38,742 nucleotides of DNA from Folioceros fuciformis (lineage: Eukaryota). Below the pieces are notes generated by a model. That model had not been told where the DNA came from and made no database searches. It saw only the letters and a program-made list of their open reading frames with translations. Position 1 is the first letter of the stretch, and every line of letters begins with the position of its first letter. Positions 10,385 through 21,300 of the stretch are shown in pieces. The position numbers were made by a program, and so were the translations under genes. The stretch covers positions 7,001 to 45,742 of the forward strand of contig JBNGIO010006239.1 of the NCBI GenBank assembly GCA_049999805.1. Direction: 5' to 3'.

Positions 10385-12621
10385 CTACGGTGCCAGTCTC
10401 TTTGGATCCCGTGGAAACATTGAAGTTTTCCTGATGTTATCAAGTGCACAGAAGAGCATGACAACACGCTCCAGACCCACTCCAGCACCTCCATGAGGCG
10501 GAGCACCCCACCTGCATCGGCCAAATTTGTCAATACAACTCAATGGAAAACTGAACGATGGACTCGCCAACGTGAGGTTAAGTCAGACAAACCTGAAGGA
10601 ATCGATGTAGGTTGACAAGGTTTTCACATCGATTCCACATTGCTCTGCACGCTTTGCCAAAAATCCAGGTTCGTGGATACGTTGAGCACCAGAAACGATC
10701 TCCTCCCCTGTGATCCAAATGGTAGCGGAGGTCATTCAAAACTCCAAGCTGCACCAAACTACAAGAGGTGGGCCTGTCCACAAAGTCGCATACCTCGAAT
10801 GAAAACATCAAATGAGTTGGTGTAATTTGGGTCATCAGCACACGGCATGGTGTAGAATGGGCGAACAGCTAGTGGATATCTGTGAAGAATGTAGAAGTCT
10901 GTCTTGTACCTACAAAACAGTGATGAGACTGTTAGCACCATCTCTACCCACACCAAAAAGGTCGTGAGGGCTTACTTTGCCTTGACGAGCTGACCCAGTT
11001 TCCTCTCCACTTCTGTGCTCAGGTCTCCCAAGGGATCTATCTCTACACCTGCTTCCTGCTCAGAAGAAGATTTGATCAGCCCAGAACACAGTTCAGGGAA
11101 TGCAAAATCTGAACGTGAGGAAAGATTCAAAGAATCTTCGCGCAGAAGTACCTTCAGCAGCTGAACGCCTTCAGCAAAGGTGAGACGCAAAGTCTGTCTC
11201 AGAAACTGTCGCACCCATCAAACATCGTCGTCAGAACCCCGTTTCCCCAGCAAGGAAAGCAAACAACGCACTGCACATTCGAAATGAAATAACCGCGCAC
11301 CTGAAGAGGTTCGAAAGGATATTGAGTGTTGATAGCTTGAAGTTCTCGTGCGCATTTCTCATTCAGACCATCAAAAATGGCTACGAACAGTCGATCGATC
11401 AAGTCAATCACCTGCAAGACAAAGTGGTCAGCCCTTACACACACCAAAAGAAGAGATTCTCACAATTGAGGGATGTTACCTCAAAATAATGTCCATTGAT
11501 CTCCATTTCAAGATCAAGGCCAGTGAATTCACACAAATGCCTGTGGGTGAAGGAGTCTTCTGCCCGAAATACCGGACCGATTTCAAACACTCGGCCAAAA
11601 TCTGCACAGATGCCCATCTGCTTATGTAACTGAGGTGACTGAGCAAGGCATGCCGGTTGATCCTTGTACTGGAGCTTAAAAACCGAGGACCCTCCTTCAC
11701 TTGCTCCAGCTATCAGCTTGGGCGTGTGTATCTCCACGAAATCCTCATCCAGAAGGAATTGCCGGAAAAGCTACAAAGGACAACAGACAGAATCCTTCGC
11801 ATCAAGGTTCTTCCATCTACATGGAAATTTGATTGAAGAGGGGAAAGAATCGCTCACCCTACCGTGCCAACTTGAGACTGGATCCGGAAAATCCCCTGGT
11901 TTGCAGGGGTGCGCAAGTCGAGAACCCTGTTGTTAAGCCTCGAGTCTTGGAGGACACGAACAAACTGGACATTCTCCTGGACAACGAAGGGCAAGAAAAT
12001 GAGCCCACACTAGGACATCAGATTTCTAGGCTTTCCTCATGCACCTCTGTCATTCGTCGGGGTACGGTACCTCAGCTGCTTTCTCAATCTCACGCTCGCT
12101 TCGAGCTGCATCTTCAGGGTTGATAGGCAGCACTGGTTCCGCCTTACTGACGCAGTAGACTTTGCGGACCTGAATCTCGACCTGCCAGCACACGCAAAAC
12201 GTTCAAACACGCGGGCAGCGCGCATCCGAAACTTCATACCTGTTCGCACCATCCATACCTGCTGCGAGGTCGCAGCGATGGGAGTGCCTGGCACGGACAC
12301 CACGCCCTCGACGTCGATGACGCTTTCCTTGTTGATGGCCCCAACGAACTTGAGCATCTTGTTGCTGGCGTGCTCCCCCTTGNNNNNNNNNNNNNNNNNN
12401 NNNNNNNNNNNNNNNNNNNNNNNNNNNNNNNNNNNNNNNNNNNNNNNNNNNNNNNNNNNNNNNNNNNNNNNNNNNNNNNNNNCCTTCCCTCCAGCCGCCC
12501 CCGCCAGCTGCTGCCGCAGCTGCTTCTCTGCCTTCATAGCTGCCTTCTTGGTCGCCTTCTTGCTCAGGGCTCCCGCCTCCGCAGCAAGCTCCGGAGCGCC
12601 GGCATCTCCACCGGACGCCAT
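10385..12621 (-). CDS. Cytosolic aspartyl-tRNA synthetase (multi-exon; part of the N-terminal OB-fold is lost in gap 12383-12482)
   Basis: Exons translate to [64 protein letters not shown] (motif 2), [38 protein letters not shown] (motif 3) and [10 protein letters not shown]. Confidence 0.96.
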
Positions 12622-13261
12622 CCTGCTGCTCGGGCCGCCGACAAAAACTCACACGGCCTGAGAGCTCCCTTGCTACACGTGAATGAAAGTTGGTACCTTC
12701 CCGCAAGCATGCGAGTGACAATGCAGAACGTCAGGCCCTTCTGCCGGCACCAGAACCCAGACAATCTGACCCAAGGTCCTTCAAGGAACCAGCTCAGTGA
12801 ATTCCAGGGCAGAGGCAAAATTGGGGCATTGTCTCATAATCCCCTCTGTTTAGTGATGCTATCAACGCATTTAGGTCGACGGATTGAGATCCTGCGTCCT
12901 TAGACACTGGAGCCTCCTCTCGCAGTGTTGGTCCTGTCACAGCTGGGGAAACCAATAGCAGGCAGGTCCAGACTTTATAAAGGGGCAGGCCCTGGCTGGA
13001 AATTAATTAAGGATGATATTTATTTATTTTGTTCTCAATGTGAGCAATTACTAAGACACTTGCTAGTGATGCTCCGTTCCTTCACCCGCTGATGACTTGC
13101 TGGATGGATGATGGGGCCAATGTCCGTTCTTTTGAAGGATTTCTTGCATCGCTGCTACCGNNNNNNNNNNNNNNNNNNNNNNNNNNNNNNNNNNNNNNNN
13201 NNNNNNNNNNNNNNNNNNNNNNNNNNNNNNNNNNNNNNNNNNNNNNNNNNNNNNNNNNNNG

Positions 13262-16200
13262 CCATGGAATCTGCTCCAAGTGTTGGGATTGGAGAGGGGT
13301 GGCCTGCCGAATCGCGTGGTGCTGGAGCTGCGGGCGAGTGGGAATCCGCAGGGGAAGGCCTGGTATGTGGTGTGGGGAGGGGCTTTGGCTGATTCACCGG
13401 ACATCGAGGTCCCGCAGGCGCTGGCGTACTGCATGGGAGTGGAGGACGGATGCCGGGTGCAGGCCCGGGCGGTGGCGGATCTCATGAAGGCCAGCAGAGT
13501 GCAGATCATGCCGGCCAATGAGGACGACTGGGAGGTGCTGGAGCTGAACGCAGAGTTCATGGAGGAGCAGATTCTGAACCAGGTGGCCGTGCTGCAGGAG
13601 GGGCAGAGGTTTCCCGTCTGGGTGCACGGCCACACTCTGCTTGTGCTCACTGCTGTGTCCACGGCTCCGAAGAAGGTGGTGCAACTCGTGGCGGGATCGG
13701 AGCTGCTTGTGGCGCCTATACCGAGGAAGCTCAAGGGAGCTGCGGAGGACAGTGCGGCGGGAGTACATTCTTCTGAGGCGTGGTTGCGGATTCAAGAGCT
13801 GGATTCGAGGCTTCCGCTGCAGTGTCAGGTGGGAAGTGTTGCGTGCACCACGCAGCCGACTACGGTCGTGTTTGTATCTGCAAGCACGGCACGGGCAGCT
13901 CGTTTGGAAGATAAGCAAGTGGTGGTCGTGGTGGCAGGTCCTGGTCTGCGGAACGGGTTACAGAAGGCAGATTCTGGGAGGACGGATGGTATGTTGTTGA
14001 GGCTAGGGGAGCTGCCAGGGCCGGGGGATGACTCCGCTTTGGGTGTTGACAGCGGAGCCGGGGCTAGGCAGGCGTTCGTGCGTGTCTGTGTGCGGCCAGG
14101 AGTGTCCAAGGGGCATGTAATGATGGCTCAAGCCCTGCGCCTTTTCCTCGGGGCTAAATTACACACTCGTGTGCATTTCCAGGGTGTCCCTCAATCCTCA
14201 TCGACATCCAAGCCTTCTTACCTCCTCTTGTCTCCCTTAGGGTTTGTCGAAGGTCAGCGAGAGCAAGGGCCTGGAGCGTTTTCTGGCAGGGCTATGGTTT
14301 CAGCAGAGGACGATTTGGGTGCAGGGTTGTCGGCCGAGGGACCTCTTTCTACTGTGTCGAGGCACAAGGATTTGCTTGCAGCTGCTATGGTGGAGGGGTC
14401 AGCACAACCGAATTCTGCAGCAGCTAACGCTGAGAGGGGAAATGGGTACGGGGCAGCTGTCATAATCAGGGCATGGGTGTCTGCTCAAATCTCTCTTGGC
14501 TGGCACTCGAGCCATGGAGACGATGCTGCAGTTCCACTTGGCGGCAAGGCTGTCATTCATCTCAGGTTAGCTGTGCAGGCTGACTCGCAGAAAGTGGATG
14601 AGGAATACGCTCTGCCTGGCTGGTCGAGGATGGTTGACGAAGGGACAACGAAGAGGCAGACAAGAGACTTGTTCTTTTTGCTAGTATCACAGAGTTCGGC
14701 TGTTAATTCCAGATCAGCGCTGTCTGTGTCAAGGATCGCAGAGGATAAGAATTACTTCTACTATTTGTCCGAAACGTCGTCACTGCTAGATCCCGCTTTG
14801 GCAGTGAGAGGGGAGGTGCCTGGGGAAGCTTCGGAGAGACAGGGCCAGATTCGTCTGGGCCGCCCCCAATTGGCACCGTGTCCAACGGGGATGGATATAG
14901 AGGAAAATGAGGCTCCAGAGTTGTCATCGCTTTCTTGGTTGGAAGGCCCAGCATCTGAGAGCATTTCCAGGTTGCGCGTACTGCTTTCGCCAGTGTTGCG
15001 AGGCAATGGTATTAGGTCCGAAATACCTTGCCCTGGGAGTGTGCTTCTACATGGACCATCTGCATGCGGGAAGACTCATCTGGCTTTGGCACTGGCTCGA
15101 GATTTGAAAAATGACCCTTCCATAGTGGCCCACACTGTCTTTGTGAGGTGCCTAGAGCTGGTCGGGGAGCAAGCACAGACGGTGAGAGCTGCACTTGAGG
15201 AAGCCATCTCTGAGGCACAACTACGTGCACCGTCCTTGATCATACTGGATGATTTGGATGCTCTCTTTCCTCCTTCAGATTCTGGAGGAAGTGAACCTAG
15301 TATAGCGGCTCTTGCTGAATTCCTCGGGGACCTGATGGACGACGCACAGAGAAGCTGTGAACCAGCAGCAACTGCTTTTCTTGGGATAGCAAAATCACCT
15401 ACAACTCTTCCAGCAACCCTGTGCTGTGCCGGAAGATTTGACTTCTATGTGGAGTTACCGGCTCCAGCAGCCAAAGCAAGGGCAGCCATCCTACTACGAG
15501 CAGTTGAATCTCGTAGATTTGTTTGCCCTCAACAAGTTGCGGACAAAGTGGCGGCAAGCTGTGATGGATGTGATGCAATAGACTTGGAACTTCTGGTGGA
15601 CAGAGCAGTCCATTCAGCCACTGCACGCTACCTCTCTCCCAACGTGGCTCCTTCGTCTAGTCCAGCTCCTGCTACAGCTACACTTATAAACGTAGAGGCA
15701 GAGGAGGAGGGTGGCAGACCGCAGAGATCCAAGGCACTGGCAAGGATGAGTGCAGAGGATGCTCATTTGTCGATGTGCAGAGAGAAGTTTGAGTTGCTGG
15801 AGCAGGACTTTATGTTCGCTCTTGAAGATTTCGTGCCGGTTGCTATGAGAGGCATTGCCAAGAAAGCGTCTCATGGAGAACAGGTAGGGTGGGACGACGT
15901 CGGAGGCTTAGCTGAAACTTGTCACAAAATACGAGACATGCTGGAGACGCCTGCAAAACATAGCAAGATTTTTGCCGAGGCTCCCTTGAGGTTAAGATCA
16001 GGGGTTTTGCTATTCGGACCCCCTGGATGTGGCAAGACTCATCTGGTAGGTGCAGCTGCAGCAGCATGTTCACTCCGCTTTATATCTGTGAAGGGACCTG
16101 AACTTCTGAATAAGTACATCGGAGCTTCTGAGCAGGCAGTTCGAGACCTTTTCTCAAGGGCGGCTTCTGCAGCTCCATGCATCTTGTTTTTTGACGAGTT

Positions 16201-16783
16201 TGACGCTATAGCACCAAAAAGAGGGCACGATAACACAGGTGTGACAGATCGTGTTGTGAACCAGCTCCTGACAGAACTGGACGGCGTACAAGCTCTCAAT
16301 GGAGTGTTTGTGTTTGCTGCAACCAGCCGGCCTGACCTCCTGGACGCGGCACTCCTAAGGCCAGGGCGGTTGGACCGGCTCCTTTTCTGTGACTTTCCGT
16401 CCACCGAAGAGCGCGGGGACATTTTGAGAATATTGTCCCGCAAATTGCCTTTGGCGGAAGATGTTGATCTGAACCTGTTAGCATCGCTGACGAATGGTTT
16501 CAGTGGTGCAGATTTGCAGGCTGTGCTATCAGATGCGCAGTTGGAGTCCATTCACTGCTTTCTGGATAGCTGTGAAGAGGGCACTACTATGGCAAGTGGA
16601 GGTGAGGAAAGAAAACCCTTCATTACTATGGCACAACTGGAAGCCACAGCCTTGAAGGCAAGGCCTTCTGTAACAGAGATGGACAAGAAAAGACTCAATG
16701 CCATCTATGACGACTTCTTGGGTAACAGGTCTCCATCTCCTATGGCGAGGGACACCAAAGGCAAGCGAGCCACTTTGGCGTGA
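13262..16783 (+). CDS. PEX1: Peroxisomal AAA ATPase PEX1; single uninterrupted ORF, true start probably in or near gap 13161-13260
   Basis: PEX1 N-domain (EDDWEVLELNAEFMEEQILNQV), D1 (GPSACGKT, LIILDDLD), D2 (GPPGCGKT, KGPELLNKYIGASE, FFDEFD, APKRGHDNTGVTDRVVNQ) and the typical C-terminus GKRATLA. Confidence 0.96.
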   Translation, partial: PWNLLQVLGLERGGLPNRVVLELRASGNPQGKAWYVVWGGALADSPDIEVPQALAYCMGVEDGCRVQARAVADLMKASRVQIMPANEDDWEVLELNAEFMEEQILNQVAVLQEGQRFPVWVHGHTLLVLTAVSTAPKKVVQLVAGSELLVAPIPRKLKGAAEDSAAGVHSSEAWLRIQELDSRLPLQCQVGSVACTTQPTTVVFVSASTARAARLEDKQVVVVVAGPGLRNGLQKADSGRTDGMLLRLGELPGPGDDSALGVDSGAGARQAFVRVCVRPGVSKGHVMMAQALRLFLGAKLHTRVHFQGVPQSSSTSKPSYLLLSPLGFVEGQREQGPGAFSGRAMVSAEDDLGAGLSAEGPLSTVSRHKDLLAAAMVEGSAQPNSAAANAERGNGYGAAVIIRAWVSAQISLGWHSSHGDDAAVPLGGKAVIHLRLAVQADSQKVDEEYALPGWSRMVDEGTTKRQTRDLFFLLVSQSSAVNSRSALSVSRIAEDKNYFYYLSETSSLLDPALAVRGEVPGEASERQGQIRLGRPQLAPCPTGMDIEENEAPELSSLSWLEGPASESISRLRVLLSPVLRGNGIRSEIPCPGSVLLHGPSACGKTHLALALARDLKNDPSIVAHTVFVRCLELVGEQAQTVRAALEEAISEAQLRAPSLIILDDLDALFPPSDSGGSEPSIAALAEFLGDLMDDAQRSCEPAATAFLGIAKSPTTLPATLCCAGRFDFYVELPAPAAKARAAILLRAVESRRFVCPQQVADKVAASCDGCDAIDLELLVDRAVHSATARYLSPNVAPSSSPAPATATLINVEAEEEGGRPQRSKALARMSAEDAHLSMCREKFELLEQDFMFALEDFVPVAMRGIAKKASHGEQVGWDDVGGLAETCHKIRDMLETPAKHSKIFAEAPLRLRSGVLLFGPPGCGKTHLVGAAAAACSLRFISVKGPELLNKYIGASEQAVRDLFSRAASAAPCILFFDEFDAIAPKRGHDNTGVTDRVVNQLLTELDGVQALNGVFVFAATSRPDLLDAALLRPGRLDRLLFCDFPSTEERGDILRILSRKLPLAEDVDLNLLASLTNGFSGADLQAVLSDAQLESIHCFLDSCEEGTTMASGGEERKPFITMAQLEATALKARPSVTEMDKKRLNAIYDDFLGNRSPSPMARDTKGKRATLA

Positions 16784-17020
16784 CTTACTGCATGTGCTCA
16801 TGCAACAAGGTGAGAACTTCTTGTCACGTCAGATCCCCTTGGCCGCAGCAAACTGAAGCACCTGATAAGGAGAAGACGCCTCGGGGGTGCTGTTATGCGC
16901 CGTTCAACAACTCTGACTTCACAAGTGAAGTCCCCTGGTCTGTGCGTCACACCGGGCGTTAGCCTCGAACTCTTCCTCTATCAAGGAAACTTGGATAAAA
17001 GTCAGCCAGACGTGATTCGC

Positions 17021-17264
17021 AAAATCCGCGTTCATTGGCTGCCCCAAGAAGTACCGGTATATGCACACCTGATTACCGGCACATTAACTACGGAACTGTA
17101 CGTTTTGTCGTTTCAACAGCACGCTCGGCGGAGGGCCGTTCCGATAACGGCCCTCTAGCACAGACCTAGTAGTGGACTTCACTACACTTCCGGACATAGC
17201 GGCAGCGTGGTCCACCCACACCCTCATGCCTTGCGCCATTGAGGGAGCTACGGAGTGAACGCGG
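17021..17264 (-). ncRNA. Candidate structured non-coding RNA of unknown family, downstream of tRNA-Met
   Basis: 9-bp terminal helix (17256-17264 with 17026-17034) enclosing at least six stems, followed by T4. Most internal mismatches are G.U pairs on the minus strand. No expression evidence. Confidence 0.55.
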
Positions 17265-17279
17265 TCGATTCCAATCAGC

Positions 17280-17283
17280 AAAA
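17280..17283 (-). terminator. Minimal T4 Pol III terminator of tRNA-Met
   Basis: Minus strand reads ...CCCCA-GTAAC-TTTT-GCTG. Confidence 0.6.
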
Positions 17284-17288
17284 GTTAC

Positions 17289-17373
17289 TGGGGTGAGAGA
17301 GGCTCGAACTCTCGACCTCAGGATTCCTCTGGAGCTATGAGACCTACGCGCTAGCCAACTGCGCCACCACCCC
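17289..17373 (-). tRNA. Elongator tRNA-Met(CAU) with 11-nt intron
   Basis: Minus strand: GGGGTGGTGGCGCAGTTGGCTAGCGCGTAGGTCTCATA[gctccagagga]ATCCTGAGGTCGAGAGTTCGAGCCTCTCTCACCCCA. Intron at the canonical 37/38 position, as in plant tRNA-Met(e). Upstream CAA. Confidence 0.97.
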
Positions 17374-18366
17374 TTGCTGTAAATGGCTAAACTTAAAACT
17401 TTATTGTTAATTTTTTTGATGTACCAAAGTATCCTACTAAAGATATATCATGGGTTCTCCAGATTATTAAGAATGTCAATTTATAGCCTTTTTCCCTTCA
17501 GCCCAAGTACAGTCTCCGTGAAAGACTGCTTGATATCAAAATAAAGTATTCAATTTTGAAGTCAGCCTTATCAAGAGGTGATTATAAATTAAATACGGTT
17601 CAAAAATGATAACCAACATTGAAATACACGACATTTTTTTAACCTATATGTTTACACGAAGGAAGAGGGACTGGAGGAATGAAGCAAGGAGGAGAAGGAG
17701 GAAAACGTGGAGCGACCCAGCGGCAATTCGGTGGAAGGATCCGGCCATCTCCCACAATTGACTCCCTACGATGCCTTGTCGGGCCAGCCTTGTCTACCTG
17801 GCCCGAGGTGGAGCTTGACATTTGATGATACCGGAGGCATGCAGTTTGCTCTACCACGCTGCCTCCTTCGACGTTTGACAATAGAGGATCCACGCGGATA
17901 TGCGGTAGCCGGCAAGATTTTGCACAGGCCTTGGAATCGTGTGGCCTTGGGCTAACAGTTCCAGTCACATATTGCATGCTCATATTGTCAGCTCTGATGC
18001 TTCCGAGGCATGCGGTTGCTTCATGGGAGTTGCGGATCGAGATCTCGGGAGGGAAAAATTGTTACGTTCACCGATTCTGGTGCAATTCCTGGCCAGATAT
18101 CTGAGGGGCCGATCACGCACGAACTTGATCCACAGCAGGGGGAGTGAAACAGTTGAGGAGGTCGGCCATTTTTGGATCCTTGGGATACCGGATTTTTCGC
18201 TCTTCTCGGTGCTCGTGTACTGGTCGGCTGTTAAGCAGAATTGTCAGTGTTGCAGACTGCACCGTCAAAGGCTGTGTTGAAGAGGCAATACTTGGTTTGA
18301 CGGTCCTAAGGGCTCTCCAGATTGTTGAATCATAGGGGATCATTTCAATCTGGAGAGCACTGCAAG

Positions 18367-21300
18367 ATGTGGTTCTTTTATGCCTTGGCTTTGCCTGTGG
18401 CAGTGGCCCTCGTGGTCTTTACCTTACAGTATTTCGCGTCTCCCACTGTCTCCGTGCACGTGAAGCTCATCGTAGGTTATGCGTGGTTCTGTACAATTGC
18501 GGTCATTGTGCTCGTGCCTGCGGATATTTGGACGGTGAGCTGCGTGCCGAATCACTTGTAGTCTGGTTGATCAGACGTCATTTGAAGCGGTCAAGGCTTA
18601 AATACTATTCCGATGTCACATTTTGGTGCGCTGCCATTGACTTCTTGATTCCTTGTAACAGACACTCTCAGACGGTGATCAGCACAATCTAGAATTCCTT
18701 TGGGGCTGGTCGTACTGGAGCACGTTCGTTCTCACTTGGTATTTCGACTCCAACATCTCGTTTTTCTAAAGTTGCTGACATTCTCAGTTGTTGTCTGTGT
18801 GATTCCTGCTATGATGGATGTTTGGCTATGATGATATGTGAACTGTAGATTACAGATGAGGATATTCTTGCTGCTTGTGAAGCACATCTTAACTTGGGAT
18901 TGGTGCATTAGGGCAATCGTGCCATTGTTGCAAGGATTTGAGGATGCCGGGGACTTCACAGCTGCACAGAGAATAAAAACAAGCATCAAGAGCAATTTCA
19001 TCCTCTATTCCAGCGTGGGGGTCGTGGGATTTGTTGGCGTTGTCATATTGATCATTATGGGTAAATTGAAATGGTAAGGGTAGCTGCTCTTCATCCCGGG
19101 TTTGTAAATCCTCCTGATGAAGGTTTAAACACAGAGTTAAACTGGTTGTAGTTGATGTTAGTGCCCTCTGACAAACTTCTCCAATGCCATGCAGGGATGG
19201 TGTACTGGGTCTTGCCATGGCGTGCTCAAACACATTTGGTCTGGTTACTGGTGCATTTCTGTTGGGGTATGGTCTTGTTTCTGTTCCTCGCAGTCTTTGG
19301 TGGAACGCTGACCTACAGTTCCGCCAAAAGTGGCTGACCCATAAAGTTGTAAGAGTAGCCGAGAAACTTGACACGGCTCACACAGAACTGTCTACAGCTN
19401 NNNNNNNNNNNNNNNNNNNNNNNNNNNNNNNNNNNNNNNNNNNNNNNNNNNNNNNNNNNNNNNNNNNNNNNNNNNNNNNNNNNNNNNNNNNNNNNNNNNG
19501 AGTAGCCGAGAAACTTGACACGGCTCACACAGAACTGTCTACAGCTATTGTGGTGGGTGTCAGAAAGACTGTAACAACTGCTGTGTGTACCATAATCTGC
19601 TTGAGTTTCGAATCTTAAAGCTTTTTCACATGTTTTGCAGATTGCACAAGCAACTTCGAACCAGATGTCAAGGCGAGATCCCATGCGTGGGTACATGGAT
19701 ATTATTGATCAAGAGTTGCAAGAAATGGTACAGCGCTATTCATGCGTCCTTGTTGAAAGAGCTTGACCATAGCTGCTGTTCATTTGTCTATAATAGGACA
19801 TGCAACTGCCTTTGCTCCCTTCAGCCCCTAAAAAATCAATCACAGGTCAAAGACGATCCTGCGTTCAAACCATCAGGGGGTAGAATGGGTGAGAGTGACA
19901 TGGATTACGACACCGATGAAACCACTATGGCTGAATTGAGAAGGAGATTAAAAAAATGTAAAGAAACATACACACGGTACAAGAGGTATGCCAACATATT
20001 CTGTCTTGTGGTCTGCCATTTGTGATGTACATTGTCATTAATATCCCCAAGCTTTAATTCACGAAAAGGTGGATAGGTGCTTTTAGAGTGATTTCTGCCT
20101 AATGGTGTAAGGTTCGTTGTGCAGCGAGTACATATCCTTTGTAAGGGAGGCTCTCGAGCTTGAGGATACTGTAAAAAATTCAGAGCGAGGCAATTCCCCA
20201 GACAAGTTAGTATACGTTACAATTTTGACTAGAGGAGCTAGCTTGATCTTTTCCCCTTTGTGGCAGCAGCAGCTCCTGATTTTGTGTGAGACAGCTGCCA
20301 ATCAGCATGTAGGCAAAGTCATGCTATGATTGAAGGAAAATGGTGTTTTGCAGGCGCTTTATCTCATCTTTACGCCCTGCTCGTGTTGGTCCTCTGGCTC
20401 CAATGCTAGAAACACTTGGTGAGCCACGTGATATGTTTAACTCTGGTGAACAGATGCAACATGGAGTAGAAGGTCACAGATCTTCGTACGGCTCGGTTGA
20501 CATATCTGCTGACACAAAAAAACTCTCTGATTTGTAGAGTGGATCTGGAGGTGCAGAGTGAGGCAGCAGGCTGTGAGACTTGCGGCAGTGGTGATGGTTT
20601 TAATGTCACTGGCTATCATAGCTGCAGAGGCAACCCTTATTTTTAAGCACGGGCTGGACCTTTCTCTTTTCTCGCTTTTGATCAATGCCCTAGGAGACGA
20701 GGAAATGTCTGTCCAGGTTTGTACCGGCACATCTTCCCGCCTTGTCTTTGCTCGGTGACTAAGCCTTGCAGGTGACAGTTGTTCCCTTTTCACAAGCCTG
20801 ATCTAGGATGACATGTCTTGCAGATTGTAGCATTTATCCCCCTGTTGTACATGTGCATCTGCACTTACTACTCTTTGGCCAGGCTTGGGATGAACACTTT
20901 GTACTATCTCTCTCCAAGGCACACCAACTCTGTGAGCTTGCTGATGATCTGCTCGTAATTTACTTCACCTCATCATTTTTTATCAATGCTGAATAGTGTA
21001 TAACAGGATTTGCTGATGCTATTGTTCTTGATGTAGACTACCAGGTCTTGCTTGGGTTCTCTGACGTTGCTTTGTGCTGTGCCTATACAGCATGGTGGCT
21101 CGGTATGCTGCGCCTTTGTCATATAACTATCTCAATTTGATTCGGTTAAATGCCCCGAGAAAGACAACGTTTGAAACAGTACGTTCTTTTATTAGGTTGA
21201 AGCCTTCTAATTCCCTGCATCGGGACTGTTGTTGGTGACACTCATAATGGCATGTGGCTGGATTTACAGAAAATGGGAACGATGGAGGTCTTGCCAATTT

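Noticed and set aside
12383-12482. Apparently truncated AspRS anticodon-binding domain
   Set aside because: The missing part coincides with an N gap of nominal length, so it is an assembly issue rather than a deletion.
16915-16937. Perfect 8-bp palindrome GACTTCAC-AA-GTGAAGTC overlapping an MRP-like GAAGTCCCC in the PEX1 3' region
   Set aside because: An isolated hairpin with a 2-nt loop; no matching GGGGCT partner downstream on the plus strand.
17021-17264. Telomerase RNA, 7SL, U3 or snoR43 identity for the structured element
   Set aside because: No CCCUAAA-type template (AAACGACAAAACG is repeat-like but lies in a hairpin and would encode an implausible telomere), no SRP helix-8 motif, no terminal C/D boxes and no USE/TATA.
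19353-19546. 47-bp direct repeat flanking the N gap inside the LMBR1 exon
   Set aside because: The identical sequence on both sides of a 100-N gap is an unmerged contig overlap; collapsing it restores the exon.
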